Shown here: positions 37,201-48,769 of the stretch, one piece after another
How the letters are laid out: every line of letters starts with the position of its first letter
How positions within the stretch are numbered: position 1 is the first letter of the stretch
Assembly (NCBI GenBank): GCA_050084515.1
Contig: CM114271.1
Coordinates: 8,122,001-8,186,000, forward strand
DNA from: Blasia pusilla
Taxonomy: Eukaryota
Direction: 5' to 3'
DNA length: 64,000 nucleotides
Made by a program: the position numbers and the translations under genes
The notes under the pieces: model-generated
The model's database searches: none
What the model was told of the DNA's origin: nothing
What the model saw: the letters and a program-made list of their open reading frames with translations, nothing else

Positions 37201-38628
37201 GTCGTCACAAGCATGCAAACGAATTTCACTTGTGGAGGCATGCCAACAAGACTAGGCAAGAGCAATGCTACAGTCTGCAGCATCCCATATCTTCCTCACA
37301 AAAGGCATAACAAAAGGAAGGGGGCCATCGATCTACGAGCTCTATGTTAGGGCGGCTGTGAGATCTGGTGATGAAAAAATGTATGTGGAAGCCTTCAACC
37401 GGTGCGTAGCTGGAACTCCCCTTGAGCAAGACGTACACATTGGTGGGGATATTTGTGGGTAGGTTTCAAGACGTCCCATACAAATGGTGGTAGAGCAGTC
37501 CGAGCGAGACTCGTGGAGACCAGATAAGTATCTTGACTTCAGGCAGATGAAGAGGCAGCATCAAGGAACGAATCCGATGATTGATTTGGATGAGGAAATT
37601 ACGCCGCCCAAGTATTCGGGGACCCCGGACCCGTCCCAAATCCGTGATGGAGTTACTTCTCCAAAATCAGTGAATGTTTTATTTCAAAAGCGCTCTGTTA
37701 TTGGAAGTTTGCAACATCCTGTCACTGGGGTGGTTCAACAATATGGGATTCCGGTAATGGAGGTGGATTGCAACCTAAAACCGTGGCATATATCTCGGAG
37801 CAACCCAGGAGGTGGACCCACTTGCAGGGCAGGATCTGATGGCATTAGGAGAGCATGCGGCACTTTCCTAAATAAGAACTCTACAAGGACTGGACGACCA
37901 CTGCCTAGGTTTTGGGGACTCAAAACCTTTGATCGTTTCACAAGGACCGGGGATCAATTGAAGTACTTCTTCTGCCCAAATGAATCTTGCGCTTTCCGGA
38001 AGTCTTATTCGGCTGCCATTGGAGCTCAGGAATACCCCACGATTTGGCCCATTGTCGCAGTACGAACTCCATCGAAGACGAAGTGGACAATCTTACAAGT
38101 CTTTGGTTTGGACTCGAGCGGAGGAAGTTCAAAGTATGTTCAAAGATTCATGAGACCTTCGCATTTTGTATTCAACCCAAGATTGATGTCAACATGTACC
38201 CGGAGAAGGTGGATGATCTCAATCCACTATTTTTGTTTGAGTCTAGAAATGGGGTGAAGAGAAACATAATGTGTAGGCCAACGGTGGAGAGAGCAAAGCG
38301 AATTGCATCAGCTCGGGAGGCAAAAATGGAGATCATCGCCACGAAAGATGTCTTGAGTGGCAATGGAATAGGAAGGATGTACTGGGTCAGGAACAACACT
38401 GTAAATTCAAATGTCACAGGGGTGTATGTGGTGCACATATGTTGCTTTCCCACATGTTCATGTGATGACTTTGTCCAAAGAGAGACAAGTGGCAAAAGGT
38501 ATTTCCCTTGTAAGCACATGTACTATGTGTTGCTGGTAGTTTTAAGAGAGTCGGAGGTAGGAGTAGGAATCCACCAACCAATTCTGTCCCTCAAAGAAGT
38601 GCGAAGTATTTTAAACAAACCACTTTGA
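34282..38628 (+). pseudogene. GCM-fold / MULE DDE / SWIM transposase (copy C), intron 36307-37129
   Basis: MDNYVKLTCG start; QCVGALECRSPAC..CPHC..HVGSYTHP; FMTDNA; DAFHWQQ; NTSGAESVH; SWIM CSCDDFVQRETSGKRYFPCKH; nonsense changes. Confidence 0.85.
36378..36823. mobile_element. Solo LTR with 5-bp TSD GAGAA, inserted in the transposase intron
   Basis: TATTGG (TG>TA)...CTCACA; gagaa at 36373-36377 and 36824-36828; absent from copy A at the same site. Confidence 0.92.
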
Positions 38629-39031
38629 GGATGCAAAATGAGGTTTTAGATTGTACTTTTATTTTTCCTGAACCTTGAGTTTGAGCTTGAACTCTATTCA
38701 GCCCGGGGCAAATGATAGATTTTTTCCAGACCTTGGATGGAAAAAGTGATTGGTTCCACACTTATGATTCCATTGATTTTTCAGTTTTGTATATTTTGTG
38801 CAATTTGCAACCGGTCGAACTGAGATGGGTTGCCAAAATATGGAAGAGAAAAAAAAATGTGGGAGTGCTTAATAACTGAACAAAAAAGTGCAAAAAAATT
38901 CACAAAAAAAGTTTCCTCTCTTCAAAAAAAAGTATCTATTTCGGTTGAGGGTAGTTTCCTCTCTCCTCTCTTCCTCTCTCCTCTCTCCTCTCTCCTCTCT
39001 TCCTCTCTTCCTCTCCTCTTATCGCACCTCC

Positions 39032-39700
39032 CTTGGGGACCATGTGGGACAAATTTCAGCTTAAGATGACAAAGTTAGACAAGATGAAAAATGAAAAAAC
39101 CTTATTTTGGTAGAAGGTCTGATGGTTCGGGTCCAAAAAGAAGTTAGAAAATTTTGAGCTTTTGCTCACAACTTCAATTTTCCTAAAACTTGGCAAGAGT
39201 GCTAGGGTCACCTTGAGGACCATGTTGGCCAAATTTCAGCTTAAGATGAAAAATTTGGACAAGATGAAAAAGGAAAAAACCTTATTTTGAGATCTGATGG
39301 TTCGGGTCCAAAAAGGAGTTAGTAATTTTTGAGCTTTTTCTCACAACTCCATTTTGATTGAAACTTGGTAAGAGTGTTATATGCACCTTGAGGACCACGT
39401 GGGCTAAATTTCAGCTCAAGATGACAAAGTTGAACAAGATGAAAAATGGAAAAAACCTTATTTTGATAGTAGGTTTGATGGTTCGGGTCCAAAATGGACT
39501 TGCGGCTTTTTGAGCTTGTGGTCCCAACTCCATTTTACTTTAAACTTGGCAAGAGTGCTAGATGTACCTTGGAGACCACGTAGGCTAAATTTTAGCTCAA
39601 GATGGAAATGTTGGACAAGATATCCGGTTAAAGATCTTTTTTTTCATTCAAGGTTATCTACTCCAGGTCCAAAAGGTCATTTTAAACTTAATTTGGGATG
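39032..39700. repeat. ~180-bp tandem repeat, right part
   Basis: cttgg(c/t)aag recurs at 39189, 39364 and 39545; in phase with the left part. Confidence 0.85.
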
Positions 39701-40519
39701 AGACTTTTCCAGAGTGATAGATGTTACTTGGGGACCATCTGCACTATTCTATAAAATGTTAGAAGAGTTCTTACATTTCACTCTTGTAAGTAATTACATT
39801 CTTCCAATCAAATGTAAATGATATCCTACTCCCTAGAATAAATTCATCCTTCCATAAAATTCAAACCAAATCTATTCATTCTCCATTGAAATTCAATTTC
39901 CCTTTCCATTACATATGAATCAAGGCACCTCTGAATTTCTTTATCGAAAATTTTAAAATCTATAAAAATTTAGTAATACTTATATTCACCTATTATATTA
40001 TTAAATAAAAAAATGAATTAATAAGTAAATTTGGTTTTCTATTCCACCCAAGTCCCCTTCAAATTCTACCCTATGCAATATTGTTCACTAAAAAAAGTTC
40101 ATACATTATTTTCCTTTACAATTCAATTCAAACATATATTTTCCTTCATTAATTTTGGAAAAAAATTCATCCCTTTTCCAATCCCCATCTTTCAATAATT
40201 AAGAGAAAATCGCTTATTTTGATGAGTTAGTAATTTTTAGGAATTAGTAATAAAAAAATTAATTTATATCAAAAAAATCATTCAATTATGGTATCTTCCA
40301 CCTTATCCAAGGATTTATAACCCAAGAGAAAAATTTCATCCATTTCATGAACTCACTTTATGGACAACATTCGTGATCGGCTCACATTCACAAGTTTCCT
40401 TAGTGGAATATTTTGAATTTTTTGAAAACGTCTTACAACAAATGAGGAGTACCCCACAAAACATGTGGATTGACAGGAGCCTAATACTTATGTACATTAC
40501 AAAGATATAAATACCAACT

Positions 40520-43500
40520 CATTCTCTCCAAAATGACCCAACTCCTTGTGGGCATGATGCACCAAACGTGCTCTCTGCAAAGAATGAGGCACTACACGCA
40601 CTCTACCATCCTCCCACACTCGCAACACATGTGTGCCCTCCCACTAGAACGGTCTGGCTTGCTGTAGGATCCGATCCCGCTGTCTAGCACCCATTGTGCT
40701 GGCGACGCTCCTAGTACGTATGTACTCCAAGACCACTCCATCGTTGTGAATGTCTCGGCCACCTATCGTCTCCTCACCGGCCTCTGGATCTAAGGACTCT
40801 CCATCAGATCTCGCCATCAAAGTCTCAGCAATCGGGCTCTCCATAGCCAACAAGCCCAAATAGGTTGACGCATGCTATCCTTGCACCAACTCCTCATCAC
40901 TCTTACCATGCCAATATGCTCTAGTCGTATCTTGCTGACTCAAGCATGGGTTACAGCTCAAACCATCTGCATCCTGGTTGAGCGTCCCAAGTCTATGCAC
41001 CACTTGGAAGTCATACTCCTGCAATAAAAGAGCCCACCTCGCAAGCTTCCTTGTAAGCTTGTTGGACTCCATCAACCACTTAAGTGGTTGATAATCAATA
41101 ATGATGGTAAAGGGATTGCCGAATAGATAACATCTAAAATGTGCGACAACTCACACTGCAGCCAAGCACTCACCCTCATACGAGCTATACTTTGCCTCTC
41201 CAGCATTGTTCGAGCGCTAGCGTAAGCCACCACGAACTCTCTACCATCATCATCATGTTGGGTGAGCACGGCTCCGAGCCCCAACATGCTCCAATCGATA
41301 TGCACCTAGAAAGGATGCCCCCTGATTGGTCTCCTCAATATGGGTACGAACGTCAATCTGTCCTTGAGCATCAGAAATGCTCTCTCTTGCTCATCCTCCT
41401 AGTGCCACTCTTGATCCACCTTGGTCATCAAGATTAGCGGCTTCGCAATCAAACTGAAATCCTTGATATAACGTCGATAGAAGTTTGCCAATCCCATGAA
41501 TGCACAAACTTGACTCACATCTGTAGGGCGTGGAATGCGTGAAATAGCCTCTACGTTTGTCTCTTGCACACCAAGGCCTCCTAGGTATATCGTATGATCC
41601 AAGAACTCAATTTGGCCATAGAAGAACTTGCACTTGCCTGGATGTAGCTTCAGCCCATGTAACTGCAATCGTCAAAATACCTCCTCTAGATGTCGCTCAT
41701 GCTCCTCAACCGTGGCGCCAAAGACAACGATATCCTTAATATAACAACTAGCAAAATCTAGACCTGCCAAGATCCTATCTATGACCCTCTCAAACTCAGC
41801 CGGGGCATTCTTTAACCCGAATGGTAAGAACCGCCACTTGTACAAACAATCCTTCCCGTGAGGATCGATGCCCCAAAATATCCTCTTCTGCCTGTCCTCC
41901 AATGTGATAGGCAGCCGATGGTATGTGGCTCGCAAATCCAATGAACTAAAGACCTTTGCATGCCCAATCGCATCAAAGATATCCTCAGGGATGGGCATGG
42001 CATACCTATTGGACTTCGTCTACCGATTGATAGGTCGGTAATCTCCATACATCCGCCTATCTGTCTAGTTGCCATGCACATCCTTTTTGGCAAGCATGAC
42101 TCCAACCAAGTCTTGGCTCCTACTCTGAATTAGAGCCCTCTCCATGTCAATGTACTTGTATGGTCGTCGAAAGATCGGCGTGTCACTTGAAAACTCAATG
42201 CGGATCCTTGGACCCTTCAGCGTACCCAAATCATGCATACTAATGCAAAACAACTCCTATAACTCCTAAGGAATTGGTGTATCCGGCGCCGCTCTCCTCC
42301 TATCAACTTAGGGCCCATATCTAGCTCCCAAGTCTCCATCGTGACTATGGTAGGACTCTCCGGCGCGAGTGTCAGTGGTTGCTATGGTGCAACCCTGTCT
42401 CGGAAAATAGAACTCTCATCTCCACATACAGTACCCGGAACCACACTCAATGTTGTGGCTATCATCTCCAGGCGTACCTGCAAAACATCCCAAGAAGTCC
42501 AAGGGTGTCTCTCCCGATCACCCCTGGTGTGTTGATCTTCTCGGGTCTCGCCCCCAACTACTGCCTCAACCGTCTCGGTAGGCATGGTGCTCACCAACGC
42601 AACAACTGTGATCTGTCGCATCCTCAAACGATGCTGCTCAGGTACTCCTCAACTAAAAATCCATGTCAAGTAGTTCACGTCTATTGCCTGACCCAAGACA
42701 TGACGTCGTGATGCCTCCGATAGTGATGGTATTGCCATCACTCCTGTGGGGAATCCCATTGCTCGCTCTCGCTGATCAAGATTGGGCTCCACCAACCTCT
42801 ATACTTGGTCATCCTAAACCAAGCCAGGTCTGGCTTCCTTGAATGCATAGGAAGCGGGAAAACTCACCAATGTGGGAAAGGCTGCCCGTGGCCTGCCAAT
42901 CTTGTTGACCATAGTGAACAGAGGTCGATCATCTAGCCTCACTACGTGTGATCGACGGCCTAGATCCAATATAGAATCCACCAACAAATGCGCTCCACTC
43001 TCACATATGCCCTCCGTAACACCTTGTGTGGTACCAAGTTGGTCCACCAAAGATACGGGCGATGTGCTTGTGAACCCACACTCGCCGCATCTAACAACAT
43101 TGTGAGGCTGATCAATGCGCACACCTAATGTGCACTCGTCATCACGCAGGATCTCGAATTGCCCAAAATTGGCACATTCTCCAAAATGTATGTTGGAGAA
43201 CGAGGTTGATACTCACGTAAATGTCGCAAGATCCGCATCATCTCCCAAAACAACCTAGATTGAGTGTCAGCTAACCCGCTACCTCGTCTAGCACTCGATT
43301 GGCCTTGATACGGCCAACCAGCAATGACCAAGTCGATGGTCCCTACCAGCTCCAAGTCCTGCGCCCCCAACAATGAATTGTCCCTCGATAGGGAACTCGG
43401 GTAACCCTGAATGGCGGATGCAGAAAACAAGTCGAGGAAATGGAGGCGTAACAGCGCCACATGGTGAAGTGAAGCGGGCCTCGCAACATCATCAATCTCC

Positions 43501-45060
43501 ACATATAGGTATTGTTGCACGCGCACTCCAGCGTGCAAAACAGCAGCTAACCTAGTGCTGATCCCTCCAAAGAGATCCAACACCCAAATACCCTTCTCTG
43601 GGATGCACCACACAATCGGGGTGGTGTCCAAAGGGGTCATAGCAGCACTCGTGCCTACATGGGATTCCTGTGATCCGTCACACTCTAGTGCAAACGTCTC
43701 GCTCCATGCGGTTTGCACATGCTCAGTGGCTAAGCGTCAAAGCTCCTCAATTGAGCCCCAAAGCGGCAGCTCTCCTCCACGGACTGATGTGGCTACCATG
43801 ACACTACTCTGCATAGAAATGTCAGGAATGGGATTATCCTCTCCATGTCCCTCAATCAAATCATTAGGCCAAGTGATGGCACTGCTAAATGCTACTAAGG
43901 TCGCCATCTCTCTTGGCCGTCGCTCGCTCACTGCACCTGTGAATCGAATGGGTAATGAGCTAAGGCACCCATCACCTCACTGCCATCCTGTAGGACGGTG
44001 ATTCCTCCTAGTAATCCAGGGAAAACCCCATCTGGTATAACACTGCTCCACCAACCAAGATGTCGTAGGACTCTACATCAATCATTATCACCTTGGCTCG
44101 CACCACGGACTCATATGTAGGATGTCCCGGGCGAATCCTCACCACGACCTCTTGTTAGGTGATATATTTTGTGGAACTCGCTCCACCCAAGGATGTCTGT
44201 ATCCGTAATGGACAAAGCTCCACATCGGCTCTCGTCAAGCCCAATCCTCTGAATGACGCTTTCCCCAACATTAGGGGTTGCGCTCTTGAATCCAACAAGA
44301 CACGCTGCGGACTAAAAGCTCTGCCTCATGGACTCACCAACTGGAAGACCTCTCCCCAGTTATCTAGCAAAACAACACCAGGAGAAGCCATGGCATGCTC
44401 TATTGCGGGTCTAGCGGGCATCTCCGCCATCCAAGCAGCTAGAGCCTGCCATGAATCTGACGTGGATGGCCCAAGCATCCGCTCCAAGGGTAGGTCCATC
44501 ACCTCCTCTGCAATCACCTCTGAACGTGATGCAGGAACTCCAACTCCATGCTCACATAGCGTAGCGGCGAGCCAAAAAACCTTGGCGGGCGCACCTCCCA
44601 ACGTCATAACATCAGAAGCAGAAAATAAAGGAGCGCGATACATAACGGTGGCCGCCCCCAACAACATGCTCGACATATGCCCCTCCTGAGCATCAACAAT
44701 AGAAGTTTTCGGATTCACTTCTCCCATCGCCCTCCGTGCTTGCACACCAACAACATCACCAACTCTCTAGGAACTCTGATCAGGCTCCATCGATGGGAGC
44801 CTCATCGCTTCGGACAACGTGAAAGACTGAGGAAGCCTAGTCTATTTCCTGGCTTCCCCTCACTGTGGATCCAACTCTGCGGCTGGTCCACACGTCACAA
44901 CTTCTGTGGCCTCCATCTGGGCAACCCCTCACATCCAACCAGGATCCTCCATATCTTTGGTTGCTCCATATGATGTCGATGCCATGGATGTGGCATCGAG
45001 TAACCTCAATGCCATAGCGAAAAATCTGCTCTTGTAGCTACTGTATCTTAGCAGCCATCC
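40520..45060 (-). mobile_element. Decayed Ty3/Gypsy internal region ordered (gag)-PR-DNMT-RT-RNaseH-(INT start)
   Basis: RVLLDSRAQPL (protease, about 44275-44310); C5-MTase; RT (PFGLKNAPAEF, CYIKDIVVF); RNase H (DWSMLGLGAVLTQ, KLARWALLLQEYDF); HAHKELGHFG; no LTRs seen. Confidence 0.85.
42660..43600 (-). pseudogene. C5-cytosine DNA methyltransferase domain embedded in the retrotransposon polyprotein
   Basis: Motif I VLDLFGGI, II VEID, IV IDLVIAGWP(Y)Q, VI YILENV, IX ERAMGFP, X RRHVLGQAID; motif VIII not found (deletion or frameshift near 43125). Confidence 0.88.
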
Positions 45061-45164
45061 CTATCACCTACCATCATTGGTTGATGAAGAAATTGCAATG
45101 ACGGTGGCGGCAAAACCAAAGTACGTGGTGGCGGTGCAAGTTAGAGAATCAACGATGGTCGTGG

Positions 45165-46486
45165 GTATACTTTGTAGTAACCTTCTCAGCTGTTCGGTAT
45201 GCCCACAATGCCGCGGCGATTTTCATGTCCCAATCATAGGAATACGTTACCGTCAATCGATTCAATATCCGGCACATCAAGCCGTTAGATTTTTCCGTCA
45301 ACCCGTTGGCTTTAGGGTTGTAGGGCGTGGTTTTCCGATGCTTAATGAGAAAGTGGGAAGTGAGAGACTCAATAGTGTTGTTTAAGAAGTGAGTGCCACG
45401 ATCACTTACTAATTCCAATGGGCAGCCATACCGAGTGATAATCATCTCGTATAAAAATTTGGCCACTGCTTCACTATCATCTTTTCGCGTGGCCACCGCC
45501 TCAACCATCTTAGTACAATAGTCGATGGCTATGAGAATATACTTCCGCCGTGTTTGGCGAGTAGCGGGGGAGATAGGGCCCACAAAGTCAATACCCCATT
45601 TTTCAAAAGGAGCTAGGGACATGGTGGGTACCAAAGGCCACCGCGAGGTTGTCTTTGGTCGACCTGCTCTTTGACTGGCATCACAACTCTGGATAAAGTT
45701 ACCTACATCTTTGTACATAGTTGGCCACCAATAACGTGCCGCCAAGATTTTCTTAACGGTATTTTTTACCGCATAGTGTCCACTAGAATCAGTCGTATGC
45801 ATGGCTCTAATGACGTGGGGGATTTCTTCTGCTTCCAAGCATCGTCGATACTCTTCATCTGCACCTAATTTGAATAGGATCCCCTCACATATCTCATATG
45901 GTCCTATCTTATGTAAGAAAACTGCTCGTTCCTCCGGTGTTATAGGGGCAAGAAGTTGCAGAGTAATTAAAAAATGTAAAATATCCTCATAAAAAGATTG
46001 GCACAACCGATCCTCCGTGATCTGGAACAGGTCTTCGTCGGGAAAGGTATCATCGACGGATTGTGTGAGGTCCGCGTTCGTCATCCTCAACCGGGAAAGA
46101 AAATCTGCATTGGTATGAACCTTGTCGGCACGGGTAACGACATTGAATGTGAATTCTTGGAGCAGCAAGATCCATCGCGCAATACGACCTGACAAGTTTG
46201 CCTTCACCATTAATGGTCTGAGTGCGAAATGATCGACAAATTCGTACCCTAATAAATAGTGTCGGAACTTTTTACACAAGAAGACCATGCCTAGCAACTC
46301 TCGTTCGATAGTTGTATATTTTTGTTCCGCTGAAGATAGTTTCTGGCCGGCGTAGTTAACCGGAAAGTCATGTTTGTTTTCATCCAGTTGGCTGAGCACC
46401 ATTCCAATGGCAAACGAGGATGTGTCCACATATACGTGGAAGGGTTTGGTCCAATCAGGGGACCTTAGTACAGGAGCCATTTGCAA
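45165..46486 (-). pseudogene. RNase H + integrase
   Basis: VYVDTSSFAIGMVL, YTTIERELLG, GRIARWILLLQEF, GHY..CDASQ, KWGIDFVGP, LVSDRGTHF, NGLTE. Confidence 0.92.
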
Positions 46487-47500
46487 TGCCCTCTTTAAAG
46501 CGTCAAATGCCGCTTGGCAAGGTGGAGTCCACTCCCATTCGGTAGCTTTTTAAAGTAATGCAGTAAGAGCTCCTGCTTTTACCGCATAATCTCTAATAAA
46601 CCGTCGATAGTATCCGACGTGTCCCAAGAATCCTCTCAATTCTCGGAGATTTGTGGGTGGTTCCAATGCGACGATAATATCCACCTTGGCCTTGTCGACT
46701 TCAATTCCTTGAGCCGACACTCTGTGTCCCAACAAAATCCCTTGTTTCATAGCAATATACGATTTTTCCGGATGAAGGGACAAATGCACTTCGCGACAAC
46801 AAGCGAGGGTTAATTCTAATTTTCCAAGTGTTCGGCCTCTGTATTGAAGATACAAAAATCGTCCAAGAAAATTTCAACAAACTTCCGCAGATACTCTTGG
46901 AAGATGGAGATCATCATTCGTTGGAAGGTAGCTGGGGCATTGCATAACCCAAAGGGCATCACGCGATACGCAAAAGTTCCCTTGTCCGTGGTGAAAGTGG
47001 TGAGGGGGCGATCTTTTTCCCGTATGGATACCTGGTTATAACCCGAGTATCCATCCAAAAAAGTATAACGTTCGTGGCCGGAAACTTTATCCAAAATACT
47101 ATCAGTGAAAGGTAGGGGGTGATGGTCCTTTAAGGTGGCCGCATTCAATTTCCGATAATCCTGGCACACTCTAATTTTTCACGTTTGTTTTTTGGGTACA
47201 ATCACAATGGGAGACACCCACTCGCTACTTAACACCGGATAAATTATTCCTGCCCCGAGACGCTGGTCGATCTCGTCCTTGACTAACAATGAGTACTTCG
47301 GGTTGAGGCGATACTGCCTCATTCGTATCGGGACCACACCTTCTTTTAGGTCAATTCGGTGTTCACCATACCATGCTGGAATACCTGTCATTTCATCCAT
47401 GGAGTATGCAAACACATCCAAATACTCAAACAATAATCTTTTATACTTCATGAGTTCAGTGGGAGACAAATCCGCCGAGAGGCGTAGAGACTTCTGACCT
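46487..47500 (-). pseudogene. Reverse transcriptase (frameshifted)
   Basis: SEWVSPIVIVPKK, CQDYRKLN, LDGYSGYNQV, MPFGLCNAPATFQR, FLDD, LRGFLGHVGYYRRFI. Confidence 0.93.
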
Positions 47501-47636
47501 GTAATTAAGACCTGTATGTAGTCCTTTTCTTGAACCATACTTTTTGTAAACTGGAATGTGCTATGACCCATCTTCTCTTCTTCTCGGGTCGACATCTGTT
47601 TGCTAGGTATCGACTCCTTGTCTATTTCGTAACATT

Positions 47637-48344
47637 CTAAATAATACACATTGGACGAGGTTGCTCTTGATCTGACGTATAGCCTTCGTCGGTCGGTGGC
47701 GTTTCTCCTTGGGGTGGTCGTGATTTCCACGACAACTTGATGAGCCACTTGGAGACCTGGTCCGGAGCTTGGAATGTGAAACGTCGCCTTTTCCAATCCG
47801 TAGTCACTCTCGCACCATACAGCCACGGTCTTCCAATGAGCAAAGGATAGCCAGTGGTTGTTAGGGTTTGCAAGACTAAGTAGTCCAACAGAAATAGCAC
47901 CCCCCCAAGCATGGTCGGGATCTGAGTGAGCTGTCCTAGGGGTTGCTTCCAAGACTTATCCGCAAACCGCAGATACTTCTCGGTGGGCTCGTACTCCGTA
48001 TACCCTAGTGCCCGAGCTGTCTGTTCTGTCATAATGTTAATTCCGCTTCCTGCGTCAATGGGAACCTTCTTAATGGCGTGTCCCTCAATCTCCACCTCTA
48101 CCTCTGGTGCTCCCAAGTCTTCCACTTGGATACGGAACAGCTCCACTACTGGTAGATGCTTTGCAGACTTCTTGGGTTTTTTACGGCTTATCTTCCATTG
48201 TTGCAAAATTTTGCCGTACACCGGGTTATCCATTAATAATTGCAGCAGGGTTATACTGGCCGGGGTTGACGCCATGTCCCTGAGTAAGTCGTAGGCTTCT
48301 AAGACCAGCGGTGACGTCGCGATGGCTTGCACTGCCGGAGCCAT
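47637..48344 (-). pseudogene. Retropepsin aspartic protease region
   Basis: VPIDAGSGINIM and LLIGRPWL motifs. Confidence 0.88.
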
Positions 48345-48769
48345 TCCGGTTCTCGTCTTCTATGTGGTCTGCCTCCCTTTTGGTCCCTGGTCGTGATGCA
48401 CTTGAGCCCGAACCTGGTCTTTGATATCCTGATGGAAGTACTTAGGTGACTTCGATCGAAGGCCGGGTCAACATCGCCTTTTAAGATGGCCTTCCCGGCA
48501 CGGAAGGCGCCGAAAATTTTCGTCTTGGGGTCCTTAGCTTCGCGCAAAGACGAAGCACCTTTCCTTGCCTTGGGGGTCCCCGCGGTCTGACTCTTGGACC
48601 TCGTGGTGACAGCCAGAACGGTTTCTTAGAACTCCTTGGGCCAGTCCGATGATTCTTCGGCGGCCGCTCTGTTTGAGTCTTCCTCCTTGATAGTGACTCG
48701 CCTTGGCCTGGGGGACCCTAACTCTTCCACTCGGACGAGTTGCACATTTATGTCATTCTTGGACTCTAG

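Larger units (their letters stand above)
28908..39031 (+). mobile_element. MULE copy C, both ends intact, 9-10 bp TSD (C)CTTGGGGAC, internally deleted
   Basis: ccttggggac at 28898-28907 and 39031-39040; neighbouring repeat units show the empty site agggtcaccttggggaccatgt. Confidence 0.93.

Noticed and set aside
34282-38628. Zisupton/KDZ assignment because of the SWIM domain
   Set aside because: The D..D..DxxH..E layout and 9-10 bp TSD fit Mutator better, and no KDZ-type motifs were recognised; not excluded without a profile search.
39700-40500. AT-rich tract as a gene or defined element
   Set aside because: No ORF, repeat partner or terminal signature is recognisable.
42660-43718. Host DNMT3/DRM gene
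   Set aside because: No introns seen, colinear within a retrotransposon pol, and decayed along with it.
44159-44689. 176-aa plus-strand ORF (and similar antisense ORFs such as 45077-45385 and 47926-48294)
   Set aside because: Shadow frames opposite retrotransposon gag/pol, with no motifs.
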